64,000 nucleotides of DNA from Minisyncoccota bacterium (GTDB lineage: Bacteria > Patescibacteriota > Minisyncoccia > Phycocordibacterales > UBA9973), in the NCBI GenBank assembly GCA_041665925.1, contig JBAYHW010000001.1, positions 11,282-75,281 on the forward strand. The letters are read 5' to 3'. The notes under the pieces were generated by a model, which worked only from the letters and a program-made list of their open reading frames with translations, was not told where the DNA came from and searched no databases. The translations under genes and the position numbers were made by a program. Of the stretch, positions 36,926 to 46,799 are shown piece after piece (the stretch's first letter is position 1; every line of letters starts with the position of its first letter).

Positions 36926-37255
36926 CTAAGGATCTTCGTCTGTTCTCACTCGGATAAAAATATCCTTCCCGTCGGGAGACTTTTCTTTTTTATATTTTCT
37001 TTTTTTATTTATTTCAATTTTTCGAGTTAATTCTTTTTCTAAATCAAAACCAAGAATTTCTGCCATTCCAAGAAGGAATATTGCCACATCAGCAAATTCT
37101 TCTGCCACTCCATCTTGCCCTTTATTAAATTTAGAGAATGCTTCCGAGAGTTCTTCGTGAGCTCGGCAGAACTCCAGAGCCACATCGGTAGTATTGAACC
37201 CGTGTTCAAGCTTATTTCTCATTACCTCCTTCTGTAGTTCTTTTAAATCAACCAT
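36926..37255 (-). CDS. MazG-like nucleoside triphosphate pyrophosphohydrolase
   Basis: 'LQKEV..N...G' and 'EExADVAIFLLGMAEILGFDLE' MazG EExxE/D motif. Confidence 0.6.
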   Translation of the reverse strand: MVDLKELQKEVMRNKLEHGFNTTDVALEFCRAHEELSEAFSKFNKGQDGVAEEFADVAIFLLGMAEILGFDLEKELTRKIEINKKRKYKKEKSPDGKDIFIRVRTDEDP

Positions 37256-37265
37256 ATATTTGTAT

Positions 37266-37661
37266 TTAATTTTTAGTGATAATTTTTGTAATACCTAAAG
37301 TAGTTATCATTTTAGCACAAGCCTGACAAGGAGCTTTCTCGCAGTAAATCGTGGCTCCTTCAAGTGGTATCCCGAAACTTAAGGCTTGAGTTATGGCATT
37401 ATGTTCAGCATGGATAGTTCTGGCACAAGAATTTAAGTCTTGGTCACTTTTCACATCATGTCCTACCTCATCACAGTGTGGCAACCCAGAAACTGACCCT
37501 AGATACCCTGTAGATAAAATTCGATTGTTGATAGTAATGACACAACCTTTCCCGCCCCTATCACACGTCGCCCTAGCTCCTACTCCGTCTACTATACCTA
37601 AAAAATACTCATCCCACGAAGGCCTCGAACGCTTGGTTCCTTTTGTAACAACCTTTTTCAC
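37266..37661 (-). CDS. CMP/dCMP (cytidine) deaminase family protein
   Basis: 'HAEHNAI' and 'PCQACAKMI'. Confidence 0.65.
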   Translation of the reverse strand: MKKVVTKGTKRSRPSWDEYFLGIVDGVGARATCDRGGKGCVITINNRILSTGYLGSVSGLPHCDEVGHDVKSDQDLNSCARTIHAEHNAITQALSFGIPLEGATIYCEKAPCQACAKMITTLGITKIITKN

Positions 37662-37679
37662 CCCTTAAATATACTCCAA

Positions 37680-38780
37680 CTAATCTTTCTTTCCAAGCGC
37701 CTTTAATACTTTCAAATACATAGATTCAACTATTTTTCTTTGAGCGGACCCTGTGGTTACATAGTGGTCCAAGCCAGGCGCCGCGTTAATTTCAATAATA
37801 TAATATCTACAATCTTTAGAATTTTTAGTTATATCCCCTTTCGTGACCATTATATCTACCCCCGCAATACGTAACCCCATGTCTTTTGTAAGACTCATAG
37901 CAATTTTCTTAAAACTTGTATGTAAACTGTGTGTCACATCAACTGCATCACCCCCAGTAGAAAGGTTGGCATTATCTAATAAAAATATCTTTTGTCCTTT
38001 TGGTAAAACAGTATTAAAAGAACAACCCTGACTCTGTAGTTTGATTTTTATTCTCCTATCATTAAAATTTATTTTTGTATCCCGCCCACTCGATATAAAA
38101 TCTCGTTGCTTTTGTTTAAGAATAGCTAAGATAGAACGTTTCCCATCCCCCGTCACTGAAAGAGCAACCCGTTCGTAAGCAGAAATAATTTCTCCGTCCA
38201 AAACAACAACACGATAGTCCCTCCCTGGTAAATATTTTTCTAACAATGCGACTCTTTCTCCTTTAAATATTTCCAGTAAACCATTTTTAAGTTCTGTGGC
38301 GCTAGAAGCTAGACACACCCCCGAGCCCTGACTCTTGCTGTTGGGCTTAATAATAACAGGGTAACCTAATTTTTTTGCATATTTTTTTGCATATGAAATA
38401 TTTCGATTACTTTTTACTACTTTAGCCCAATCGTCTTTAAATATAGTTACCCCGGGAGCGACAGGGTATCCTCTTTTTTTCATAAAAAATTTTGCATAAT
38501 CTTTATCACGTGCGATATCCGAAGAAGCTATATGGTTCAAATCTAAAGAATACATTCGCAGAGATCTAACCACTCCATTTTTGTAAATTATTTGAGCTGC
38601 GATGCCCCACTCTGGCTCCACCATAGCCCTCGCGCCCACCTTAGGCGCAAGCTTAGTAACAAGTTCCGTTAAGTATGGCACCCCTGATTTTTTCAGGTTT
38701 TTAGTTTTTCTTTTCTTTTGCATTTTTGTTAAGGTGTAGACCAGTAAAAAGTGGTGCGTATATATCGTGTTGTGGATCAA
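37680..38780 (-). CDS. ATP-grasp family ligase (RimK/GshB-like); start likely at an internal Met (38723 or 38624)
   Basis: 'GYPVIIKPNSKSQGSGV' ATP-grasp core; the ORF-track start overlaps the upstream gene by 80 nt. Confidence 0.5.
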   Translation of the reverse strand: MIHNTIYTHHFLLVYTLTKMQKKRKTKNLKKSGVPYLTELVTKLAPKVGARAMVEPEWGIAAQIIYKNGVVRSLRMYSLDLNHIASSDIARDKDYAKFFMKKRGYPVAPGVTIFKDDWAKVVKSNRNISYAKKYAKKLGYPVIIKPNSKSQGSGVCLASSATELKNGLLEIFKGERVALLEKYLPGRDYRVVVLDGEIISAYERVALSVTGDGKRSILAILKQKQRDFISSGRDTKINFNDRRIKIKLQSQGCSFNTVLPKGQKIFLLDNANLSTGGDAVDVTHSLHTSFKKIAMSLTKDMGLRIAGVDIMVTKGDITKNSKDCRYYIIEINAAPGLDHYVTTGSAQRKIVESMYLKVLKALGKKD

Positions 38781-39429
38781 TCATTATTTCCCTTCGCTTA
38801 ACTTTGTTAGAAAAAATAACTGGAGCATCTGTTATAACAGCAAGCGGCTGTTGTTCGTCGCCTTCACCCATACACAAGACTGCAGTTGTGGCTAGGCTAT
38901 CTACAACATTTGTTTTTGATATTTTCATGATTCTCCCAAAAATATCTTTAGTGCCTACATAATTTCGTATACCATGGAAACCAGCAAATCCTAAAGCTAT
39001 TCCAAGGGCTCCAGCACGAAGAGGCATAAGCCTTGAATCAGTTATGACAACTCCGAGGTTTTTTAGTCGAAACTTTTGCATTATTTTTTTTCGCAAAAAT
39101 TCTGCATTTTTAAAACTATCTTTTGGTAGAAGAATTAATTTCCCTCCAGCATTGGATTCATCAATACCCGCAGAGGCTAGAACCATTCCATCTTTGATTG
39201 TCATCCAGACAACTTTGGTTTTAATGGTAAAATCACTCTCTTCTTTTATTAAATCTATTTTTTGTTTTTCATTTACAAATTCCGCCGTTCGGCCTTCAGC
39301 TAAAGCCACTATTTTTGAAGTAACAACTAAAACAGATTTCTCAGGGAGTTTTTTAACATATTTCAAAATAAAAGAGAGTAAATCTTCTCGCTCCTTAAAC
39401 ACTCTAGTTTTAATGGCTTTAATTTTCAT
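38701..39429 (-). CDS. CofE/FbiB-like (F420-0:gamma-glutamyl ligase family) protein
   Basis: 'VLVVTSKIVALAEGR' CofE-like N-terminal motif. Confidence 0.45.
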   Translation of the reverse strand: MKIKAIKTRVFKEREDLLSFILKYVKKLPEKSVLVVTSKIVALAEGRTAEFVNEKQKIDLIKEESDFTIKTKVVWMTIKDGMVLASAGIDESNAGGKLILLPKDSFKNAEFLRKKIMQKFRLKNLGVVITDSRLMPLRAGALGIALGFAGFHGIRNYVGTKDIFGRIMKISKTNVVDSLATTAVLCMGEGDEQQPLAVITDAPVIFSNKVKRREIMIDPQHDIYAPLFTGLHLNKNAKEKKN

Positions 39430-39952
39430 ATTTATATGATAGCAAAATTGTACCTTTTTGATTAAGTTTTTTGATTGATTCTAGGGAAAGTTTATATTTC
39501 TTGAATTTCTCACCTGTAAACATTGGTACCCCGTTAGTAAATACATAAGGCTCGATCGTAACCAAAAGCTCATCCAACATTTTATTCTCTAGGCAAAAAT
39601 TATAAGCCTTAGACCCACCTACTATTGCTACGTTTTTATAATTACTAGTTTCTAGAAATTTCTTTAAATTAAATTTTTTTGGATTGATAAAAGTCACTAT
39701 TCCTTCTTTTTTTACAGATTTTACCCTAGAGGTTAAAACAAATGTATTTCTTTTCTTTAATCTAGGGGAAGCTTGCTGGTATGTATTATATCCAGCAATA
39801 ACAGCATCTACTTTAGATAGTGCCTTTTGAAAATATCTCCAATCTTCTTTACTTGTCCAATCCGTTCCAGAGTTATTACTTTTCGCTATTCGCCCATCAA
39901 TACTAGCCGCCACAAAAGCCGTATATTTAACTTTCTGCTTTAACGTTGCCAT
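39419..39952 (-). CDS. RibD C-terminal domain / DHFR-fold reductase
   Basis: 'AFVAASIDGRIAK...DWRYFQKA...DAVIAGYNTY'. Confidence 0.5.
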   Translation of the reverse strand: MATLKQKVKYTAFVAASIDGRIAKSNNSGTDWTSKEDWRYFQKALSKVDAVIAGYNTYQQASPRLKKRNTFVLTSRVKSVKKEGIVTFINPKKFNLKKFLETSNYKNVAIVGGSKAYNFCLENKMLDELLVTIEPYVFTNGVPMFTGEKFKKYKLSLESIKKLNQKGTILLSYKYEN

Positions 39953-40598
39953 AGTTTCTTAAAACATGAATGCCTAAATATGAAAGTGGGGTGAAAAGAA
40001 ACCCCATGAAAACCTTATATATCCACCAAGCGACAATCATTAAAAACATGTCGTGCCATGAGTATCTACCAGTGCCCACAAAGGCTATAAGTATAAAAAT
40101 AGCACTGTCAAAAAATTGAGACCAAACATTTGAGAGGTTCGAACGAAGCCAAAACTTACTATCTCCAATTTTTCGTTTTAAGAAAAAGAAAGAGATCACG
40201 TCTTGATATTCAGCAATTATAAAAGCAGCAATAGAGGCGATAGAAAACCGCGCCGAGAGCCCGAAAATAATATCGAAGGATTCTGTCGCCCAAGAACTAT
40301 TCTTAGCCCAAGGAGCTATGCCAGAAATAAAAGAATAAAAAAGAAAAACAAGAATACTCAGAATCCCGGCAATAACAAAATTATTTGCCATTTTCTTGCC
40401 ATACACTTCCCCAATCACATCCGTCATGATAAAGACAATTGGAAAAGAAAAGACTGCCACCGAAAGATGAGTACCGAAAAGAAAAGGCATAGTCTTTATG
40501 CCTAATGTATTCGCTGCAAAAAGAGAAGTTATGTACAACGTCAAACAAATAAGAATTTTTGTATAATCCCTCTCAGTCAAGTTAGTAAGTATTTGCAT
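39927..40598 (-). CDS. YhhQ/VUT-family membrane protein (putative queuosine-precursor transporter)
   Basis: 'FPIVFIMTDVIGEVYGKKMA' DUF165 signature. Confidence 0.55.
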   Translation of the reverse strand: MQILTNLTERDYTKILICLTLYITSLFAANTLGIKTMPFLFGTHLSVAVFSFPIVFIMTDVIGEVYGKKMANNFVIAGILSILVFLFYSFISGIAPWAKNSSWATESFDIIFGLSARFSIASIAAFIIAEYQDVISFFFLKRKIGDSKFWLRSNLSNVWSQFFDSAIFILIAFVGTGRYSWHDMFLMIVAWWIYKVFMGFLFTPLSYLGIHVLRNYGNVKAES

Positions 40599-40610
40599 AC
40601 AGTTATTTTA

Positions 40611-41033
40611 CTATTTTACTTCGATGCCCATAGATCGAGCACTCCCAGCAATAATATTTATTGCGCCTTCGTCATCTTTTGAGTTCAAATCTTGCATTTT
40701 TTTCTTAGCTATTTCAAGTGCTTGCGCTCGAGTAATTTTCCCAGCCTTAGTGGCTACGTTCTTCCCAGAACCTTTCTCTATCCCAGCTGCTTTTAAAATA
40801 AGCCCAGTAACTGGAGGGGTTTTAACCACGAAATCATAACTTCGGTCTTCATAGACAGTAATAGAAACTCCGACTTTATCTCCAGCCATTTTAGCTGTAG
40901 CCGCGTTAAACTTGGTAACAAAGTCTCCGATGTTTATCCCGGCCTGCCCGAGCGCTGGTCCAAGTGGAGGAGCAGGAGTTGCTTTAGCCGCTTGTATTTG
41001 TAGTTTTATTTTCTTTGTAATTTTTTTTGCCAT
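40611..41033 (-). CDS. rplK: 50S ribosomal protein L11
   Basis: L11 sequence. Confidence 0.9.
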   Translation of the reverse strand: MAKKITKKIKLQIQAAKATPAPPLGPALGQAGINIGDFVTKFNAATAKMAGDKVGVSITVYEDRSYDFVVKTPPVTGLILKAAGIEKGSGKNVATKAGKITRAQALEIAKKKMQDLNSKDDEGAINIIAGSARSMGIEVK

Positions 41034-41051
41034 ACGAATATATAGATTAGC

Positions 41052-41597
41052 TTATATCTTCTTAACTTGCAAGAAGTCGAGCTCGACTGGGGTCTCGCGC
41101 CCAAACATTGAAACCAATACCTTTACCTTGCCTCGATCCTGATCTACAGAGTTCACTTTACCTTCAAGGTCTTTAAACGGTCCATCAGTGATAAGAATGC
41201 TTTCCCCCACAACCATATCGATGTTGTGCTTAAGTGTCCCTGAGTCCATTTTCTTAAATAAATAATCAACTTCTTCTTTTTTTAATGGAACTGGGTTTAC
41301 TCCTGCACCGACAAAGCCTGTCACTCGCGGAGTGTTGCGAACTACGTACCAAGAATCATCGGTCACTATCATGTCCACTAAAACATACCCAGGATAAATT
41401 TTTTCTTCTACTTCAGCGCGTTTACCTGCTTTAATTTTTACCTTCTTTTCAACTGGCACGATGACGTTAAAAATTTTATCATTCATCCCTAAAGAATCTA
41501 TGCGCTGTTTCAAATTACGAAGAACAACGTTCTCGTATCCAGCATAAGTGTGTATCGCATACCAATTTCTAGCTCCTTCTGTTTCTTGTTTAGACAT
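41052..41597 (-). CDS. nusG: transcription antiterminator NusG
   Basis: NGN + KOW, 'NWYAIHTYAGYENVV'. Confidence 0.9.
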   Translation of the reverse strand: MSKQETEGARNWYAIHTYAGYENVVLRNLKQRIDSLGMNDKIFNVIVPVEKKVKIKAGKRAEVEEKIYPGYVLVDMIVTDDSWYVVRNTPRVTGFVGAGVNPVPLKKEEVDYLFKKMDSGTLKHNIDMVVGESILITDGPFKDLEGKVNSVDQDRGKVKVLVSMFGRETPVELDFLQVKKI

Positions 41598-41613
41598 AAA
41601 ATAAAATTAAAAA

Positions 41614-41799
41614 CTAAAATCCGATTATCTTCTGTAACCCTTGAGCGAAAATAAAATCAAAAATACCCAAATAGTATGAGATAACTACAGATAAGATGAT
41701 GACTATCAGGGTATAGTACAAAGTCTGGTTACGGGACGGCCAAATGACGTGTTTTAGTTCTGTCTTTGTTTCTTTTAAATACTCAGTAAGTTTTGACAT
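41614..41799 (-). CDS. secE: preprotein translocase subunit SecE
   Basis: 61 aa, single TM, directly upstream of nusG. Confidence 0.7.
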   Translation of the reverse strand: MSKLTEYLKETKTELKHVIWPSRNQTLYYTLIVIILSVVISYYLGIFDFIFAQGLQKIIGF

Positions 41800-41893
41800 C
41801 CCATTAGAAAATTAAAATAATAAACTTTACATTTTACATACGTCCCTTGATTTTCTAACGGGACAAGTATTTTTACATAAAGGTTCTTAAAAA

Positions 41894-41909
41894 AGCCCCT
41901 CGCAGGGCT
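41894..41909. terminator. intrinsic terminator (agccc-ctcgca-gggct) after the SIMPL-domain gene
   Basis: hairpin plus T-run on the minus strand. Confidence 0.5.
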
Positions 41910-41965
41910 TCTTTAAATATACTCTTTTTACTCACAATAGTCAACCCAGCGAAAATAGGGTGATT

Positions 41966-42805
41966 TTACTTAATTTCGTAGACTATAACTACATCCGCGC
42001 TGATTGTATTTTCTCCTTTAGGAACCCTAGCTGGAGCAGGAGCAGCATTGATTGAAGCCTCCATCATGACAGATTTACCGTAATACATATCACCTGGATA
42101 CCCACCATCTTCATTGAAGCTTATAATCTTTCCTAATTTAACCCCCAAATCGTCTGCTAAAATTTCTGCTTTTTCCTGAGCATCATCAATTGCTTTCTTC
42201 CTTGCTTCCTTTTTTAGATCTTCTTCTTTATCAATAGCAAAATTTGGACCGTTCAAATCCGTAACCCCCAAATTCCCAAGACCTTGGGTAATTTTCCCAA
42301 CGTTATCAGTATCTCTAACTTTTACAGTAATGCTCTCGTAGGATTCATACCCAATTAAAACTTGTTTTCCACCACCACAATAATAAGGCATAGCAACTTT
42401 CACATCTCCTGCTCCTAGACTTTCTGCCGTAGCTTGTGGACACAATGCTTGTTTATATTCGTATTTTGGATTAAAAGACACATTAGCTGTTTTAATATCT
42501 TTATCTTCTATTTTATTTTCTTTCAAAAAATCCAAGGCTGATTTCTCTACTGCTGCGGCTGCTTCTTGTGCTATTTTTACTGTTTTACCTTCTTTGTGAA
42601 TTGTGAAGGATACAGTGGCAATATCGGGTACGGCAGAAACTTCTCCGTGCCCGGCTAAAGTTATGCTGCTACTTCCGTAATTATCCATCATGCTGTAAGA
42701 CTTAAACTCAGATAAAATCCTTACTGCATAAAAAACACAAAGAATAATAACTAATGCAAGGCCTGCTCTATAAAGATTTCTTTTTTGTTCGTTTGGTATT
42801 TCCAT
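41966..42805 (-). CDS. SIMPL/DUF541 domain protein with N-terminal TM
   Basis: 'ITLAGHGEVSAVPDIATVSF' SIMPL-like. Confidence 0.5.
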   Translation of the reverse strand: MEIPNEQKRNLYRAGLALVIILCVFYAVRILSEFKSYSMMDNYGSSSITLAGHGEVSAVPDIATVSFTIHKEGKTVKIAQEAAAAVEKSALDFLKENKIEDKDIKTANVSFNPKYEYKQALCPQATAESLGAGDVKVAMPYYCGGGKQVLIGYESYESITVKVRDTDNVGKITQGLGNLGVTDLNGPNFAIDKEEDLKKEARKKAIDDAQEKAEILADDLGVKLGKIISFNEDGGYPGDMYYGKSVMMEASINAAPAPARVPKGENTISADVVIVYEIK

Positions 42806-42812
42806 ATATTTA

Positions 42813-43268
42813 CTAATTAATTGCTAATAATTCAACTTCAAATATCAATGTTGAATTTGGTGGAATGACAGGTGGGCGCCCCGCTGCACCATAAGCATCT
42901 TCTGGTGCTATGGTAAGCGTCTTTTTATCTCCTACTTTCATACCAACTATTCCAGTATCCCAACCAGAGATGACTTGCCCTGCGCCTAGTGGGAAAATAA
43001 ATGGTTGCACATGGTTAAATTTTGGATCCACGTTTGAATCAAAAACTGTACCGTTTTCCAACCTTCCTGTGTAATTCATCGCAACCATATCCCCTACTTT
43101 TGCTACTTGCCCCGCAGAAGTTGTATCGTCTACTGCTGTGTTTGTGTTGTCGTTATTGTTTGGTGTCATGTTAACTTTGTTATTTATGCTGATAAAAATT
43201 AAAACCCCCACTAAAGCCAAGCAGATAATAACTGCTAAGACCGTATTCATGTTTTTATTATTTTCCAT
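42813..43268 (-). CDS. FKBP-type peptidyl-prolyl cis-trans isomerase (secreted)
   Basis: 'YTGRLENGTVFDSN...FPLGAGQVISGWDTGIVGMKVGDK'. Confidence 0.8.
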   Translation of the reverse strand: MENNKNMNTVLAVIICLALVGVLIFISINNKVNMTPNNNDNTNTAVDDTTSAGQVAKVGDMVAMNYTGRLENGTVFDSNVDPKFNHVQPFIFPLGAGQVISGWDTGIVGMKVGDKKTLTIAPEDAYGAAGRPPVIPPNSTLIFEVELLAIN

Positions 43269-43321
43269 AGTTAAAAATTTTATGAAATTATTAATAATCT
43301 TATTATAGCCCTTGTGTTATT

Positions 43322-44386
43322 TTACACAATATTGACTTCTGGGGTAAGTTCTAGGTTAAATTTTTCCTTTACTGAGGAAATAATTTGGCTGGCTAAATCC
43401 ACAATCTCTCTCCCGGTCGCCCCACCATAATTTACCAACACTAATGCTTGTCGTTCGTGCACCCCGACATTACCTATCCTATACCCTTTCCAGCTTATCC
43501 CGTTTGCGGGCCCACATTTTTCAATAAACCACCCAGCTGGTATTTTAATCACTACCTCATCCCTGCCCGCCAAAGCTTCAGCGTCGGCGGGTTCTTCAAA
43601 ATGTGGGATATCTGGATATTCTGTCTGCAATTTTTTAAACTCTACTTCAGATACGAAAATGTTTTTAAAAAAACTACCGGCATTGCCTATTATTTTAGGA
43701 TCTGGTAACTTACTGCGACGAATAGCGGCGACCGCATCACTGATATCTTTAACTCTTTTAACTTCAATTTTATTTTTCTCTAAATAATCTGCTAAAATTC
43801 TATAAGAAATATTTCTATTTTCTTTTTTGTTTAATCTGAGGGTTATTGCAAAAATAAAATATTGCCCTTTATTTTTATGCTTGAAAATACTTTCTCTATA
43901 ACCAAGTTCACATTCTTCTTTAGGGAAAATTCTCTTTTCTCCAGTTTCAATATTATATGCTTCGACATCTAAGAGTGTATTCTTGAGTTCTACCCCATAT
44001 GCTCCAATGTTTTGCATTGGGGCCGCACCCACAGTACCCGGAATCAAGGACAAGTTCTCAATCCCCCAAAGATCACGATCAACTGCGAATGTCACCATAT
44101 CGTGCCAGTTTTCCCCACCAAGAGCACGAACTTTTACGTTTTCAGAAGTCTCTTCTATGATTTCTATCCCTTTTAATTTATTTAAAATAACTATCCCGTC
44201 AAAGTCTTTTGTGAAAAGTACATTGCTTCCCCCGCCGAGAAACAATTTATTGTTTTTTTGAAATTCCGGCAAAATAAATAATTCTTTTATATCTTCTTCG
44301 GTGTTTATTTCAACAAAAAGTTTGGCTTTGGCTTGAATTCCAAAAGTGTTCAGTTTAGATAAGTTGTAATTTTTTTCTATTTTCAT
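43322..44386 (-). CDS. murB: UDP-N-acetylenolpyruvoylglucosamine reductase
   Basis: FAD-binding 'LGGGSNVLF', MurB C-terminal domain. Confidence 0.8.
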   Translation of the reverse strand: MKIEKNYNLSKLNTFGIQAKAKLFVEINTEEDIKELFILPEFQKNNKLFLGGGSNVLFTKDFDGIVILNKLKGIEIIEETSENVKVRALGGENWHDMVTFAVDRDLWGIENLSLIPGTVGAAPMQNIGAYGVELKNTLLDVEAYNIETGEKRIFPKEECELGYRESIFKHKNKGQYFIFAITLRLNKKENRNISYRILADYLEKNKIEVKRVKDISDAVAAIRRSKLPDPKIIGNAGSFFKNIFVSEVEFKKLQTEYPDIPHFEEPADAEALAGRDEVVIKIPAGWFIEKCGPANGISWKGYRIGNVGVHERQALVLVNYGGATGREIVDLASQIISSVKEKFNLELTPEVNIV

Positions 44387-44388
44387 TT

Positions 44389-45759
44389 TTAGCTAAAAAT
44401 GGCAATAATGGCTCCCACGCCGACTAAAGAAATTAAGAGAAATGCAAACCAGCCTATTATGTTGCTTATTCTTTTGTTTTTAAAAGCTCCCATTATTTCT
44501 CCATTCCCGCTTAGGTGAACTATAAAGAAAATCATAATGGGAGAAATTATCCCATTCAATACTGCTGAATATATAAGTGCCTTAATGGGATCTAACCCAA
44601 TAAAATTTAATATTATACCCAGCACCATAGCAATGATAATCACTCCGTAAAAAGACGTCGCTTGTTTTAATTTTCTATATAACCCCGTTTTCCATCCAAA
44701 AGATTCTGAAATTGCATAGGAAGCTGAGCCCGCAAGCACTGGAATGGCTAAAAACCCTGTGCCTAAAATCCCCAAAGCAAAAAGGAAAAACGCGAAGTCT
44801 CCAGCAAAGGGTCGTAGCGCTATAGCAGCATCAGCCGCTGTGGCTATGTTTGTAATACCACTCGCATAAAGTGTCGCAGCGCAAGCAGCAATAATAAAAA
44901 ACATAACGGCATTAGATACAAACATTCCTGACCAAACATCTATTCTCATTTCCTTAATATCTTCCTTGGTAGTGCTAGCTACGCGTACTGCAACTGTCTT
45001 TTCTCCATGCATAATTTGCTCTTCCACTTCTTGTGAAGTCTGCCAGAAAAATAAATATGGGGAAATAGTGGTCCCGAGAGCGGCACAGATGAGTATCATG
45101 ACATCTTTTGAAAAAGTAAATCTTGGCAAGACGGCATGTTGCAAAACTTCTCCCCAGTTGATATTTACCGAAAAAGCAGACACCACGTAAGCAAAAAGAA
45201 TAAATGTTAGATATTTTAAATATTTTGCATATTTTTTATAAGGAATAAAAATTTGCAGAGAAAGAGATAGCCCGGCAAAAATAATAATTAAAAAGGGAAA
45301 AGATAAAGCTGGCAGTATAAGCTGAGCCCCCTTAGCCATAGCGCCTAAGTCTGCGCCGATATTAAAAACGTTTGCAAAAAGAAGTAAGCTAGTACAAAAA
45401 TAAAGAATTTTTTTAGAATAATTTTTCCTAATATTGGCAGCGAGCCCCACCCCCGTAGAAAGCCCAATTCTCGCGCACATTTCTTGGATCACAACCATAA
45501 GTGGAAATGTGAGAATAGACATCCAAATTAAACCGAACCCTTGTGAAGCTCCCATTTGAGAATAAGTAGCTATTCCTGAAGGGTCATCATCTGCCGCTCC
45601 CGTGGTAAGTCCAGGACCGAGAGTCCTCCAGTATTTTGCAACAGCCTTGGTTGGTTCTTTGTTTGCCACACCTTGCTCAATTTCTCTCCCAGTCTCTATC
45701 CCTTTTTCTAAAATTTCTGCAGGTATGCTAAAAAATTTTTCCCATATAGTCTTTCTCAT
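44389..45759 (-). CDS. NRAMP-family divalent metal transporter
   Basis: 'GPGLTTGAADDDPSGIATYSQMGASQGFGLIW' (MntH-like). Confidence 0.7.
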   Translation of the reverse strand: MRKTIWEKFFSIPAEILEKGIETGREIEQGVANKEPTKAVAKYWRTLGPGLTTGAADDDPSGIATYSQMGASQGFGLIWMSILTFPLMVVIQEMCARIGLSTGVGLAANIRKNYSKKILYFCTSLLLFANVFNIGADLGAMAKGAQLILPALSFPFLIIIFAGLSLSLQIFIPYKKYAKYLKYLTFILFAYVVSAFSVNINWGEVLQHAVLPRFTFSKDVMILICAALGTTISPYLFFWQTSQEVEEQIMHGEKTVAVRVASTTKEDIKEMRIDVWSGMFVSNAVMFFIIAACAATLYASGITNIATAADAAIALRPFAGDFAFFLFALGILGTGFLAIPVLAGSASYAISESFGWKTGLYRKLKQATSFYGVIIIAMVLGIILNFIGLDPIKALIYSAVLNGIISPIMIFFIVHLSGNGEIMGAFKNKRISNIIGWFAFLLISLVGVGAIIAIFS

Positions 45760-46331
45760 GTTCTAAGTATATTAACTGTCCCATCATTATGCAATTTTAT
45801 AACTCGAGAAGGTAAACTAGTAATCTCACCTCCGTTTATATATAAATCTACAAAATTACCGAAGTAATTTTTGGCTTCATCAATATTTCTAGATGGATTG
45901 AGCCCTTCAGGATTCGCCGAAGGTGCAATTAAAGGACCAGTTTCTGTAAGCATTTTTCGTAAATCCTCTTCAGCTGGAACTCTAAAAGCAAGAGTATTTG
46001 TGCCTCTGTGCAAGTATGTGAATTTATCTTCATTACAATCTAATATTATACTGGTCGGCCGAAAATTCTCTGTATTGTTGAAGGACCAATATTCTTTAAT
46101 TTTTTTCTTTTGCTGGGTAGATAATTCTATAGAAAATTTCTGTAATTCTTCAACATCACTAATTAATATAATACAGGGCTTTTCTGGGGCTCTTTTTCGA
46201 ATGTTGTAAATACGACTAACTACGGATTCCTGAAGTGCACTACCGACAACGCCATATATGGTGTCGGTAGGCATTACCACCACCCCCTTGCCCTTAAACT
46301 TGTTTATTAAATTTACATCATTCCATATCAT
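45756..46331 (-). CDS. tsaC: L-threonylcarbamoyladenylate synthase (Sua5/YrdC family)
   Basis: 'VVVMPTDTIYGVVGSA'. Confidence 0.75.
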   Translation of the reverse strand: MIWNDVNLINKFKGKGVVVMPTDTIYGVVGSALQESVVSRIYNIRKRAPEKPCIILISDVEELQKFSIELSTQQKKKIKEYWSFNNTENFRPTSIILDCNEDKFTYLHRGTNTLAFRVPAEEDLRKMLTETGPLIAPSANPEGLNPSRNIDEAKNYFGNFVDLYINGGEITSLPSRVIKLHNDGTVNILRT

Positions 46332-46376
46332 AGAATTAATTCTTTACTTAGTGTATTATATAGACAAACAAAACAT

Positions 46377-46775
46377 ATGTATACATTTATAAAAAGGGTC
46401 ATAAAATTTTTCGATAAGTTGGAGGATAGAGTCCGAGGATTTTTGAGCCATTATCCTATTTTATATGCAATTTTAGGAGGGATAGGGGTTGTGCTTTTTT
46501 GGCGAGGAGTATGGCATATAGCCGATGAACTAAATCTTGGAAGTATTGCTTCGATGATTATAGGCTCTGTGGTATTACTTATAACTGGAGTGTTCGTCTC
46601 AGAATTCATCGGAAGTAAGATTATTATGTCTGGTATAGCTGGCGAGGAAAAAATAACAGAAAAAGAGGAGGAGAAGCTCGAAACAGAAGAAACTCAATTA
46701 AAAAGCCTACAAAACACCTTAAGTAGGCTAGAAAAAAAATTGGATCACATAGATTCTGAGATAGAGGAGAAGTAG
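46377..46775 (+). CDS. hypothetical membrane plus coiled-coil protein
   Basis: two TM segments, then a charged helix. Confidence 0.3.
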   Translation: MYTFIKRVIKFFDKLEDRVRGFLSHYPILYAILGGIGVVLFWRGVWHIADELNLGSIASMIIGSVVLLITGVFVSEFIGSKIIMSGIAGEEKITEKEEEKLETEETQLKSLQNTLSRLEKKLDHIDSEIEEK

Positions 46776-46799
46776 GGGGTTGCCAAGGTAGGTCTTGTC

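Noticed and set aside
41800-41965. Expected tRNA (e.g., tRNA-Trp) upstream of secE
   Set aside because: No cloverleaf-compatible sequence is present, only a terminator hairpin at 41894..41909.
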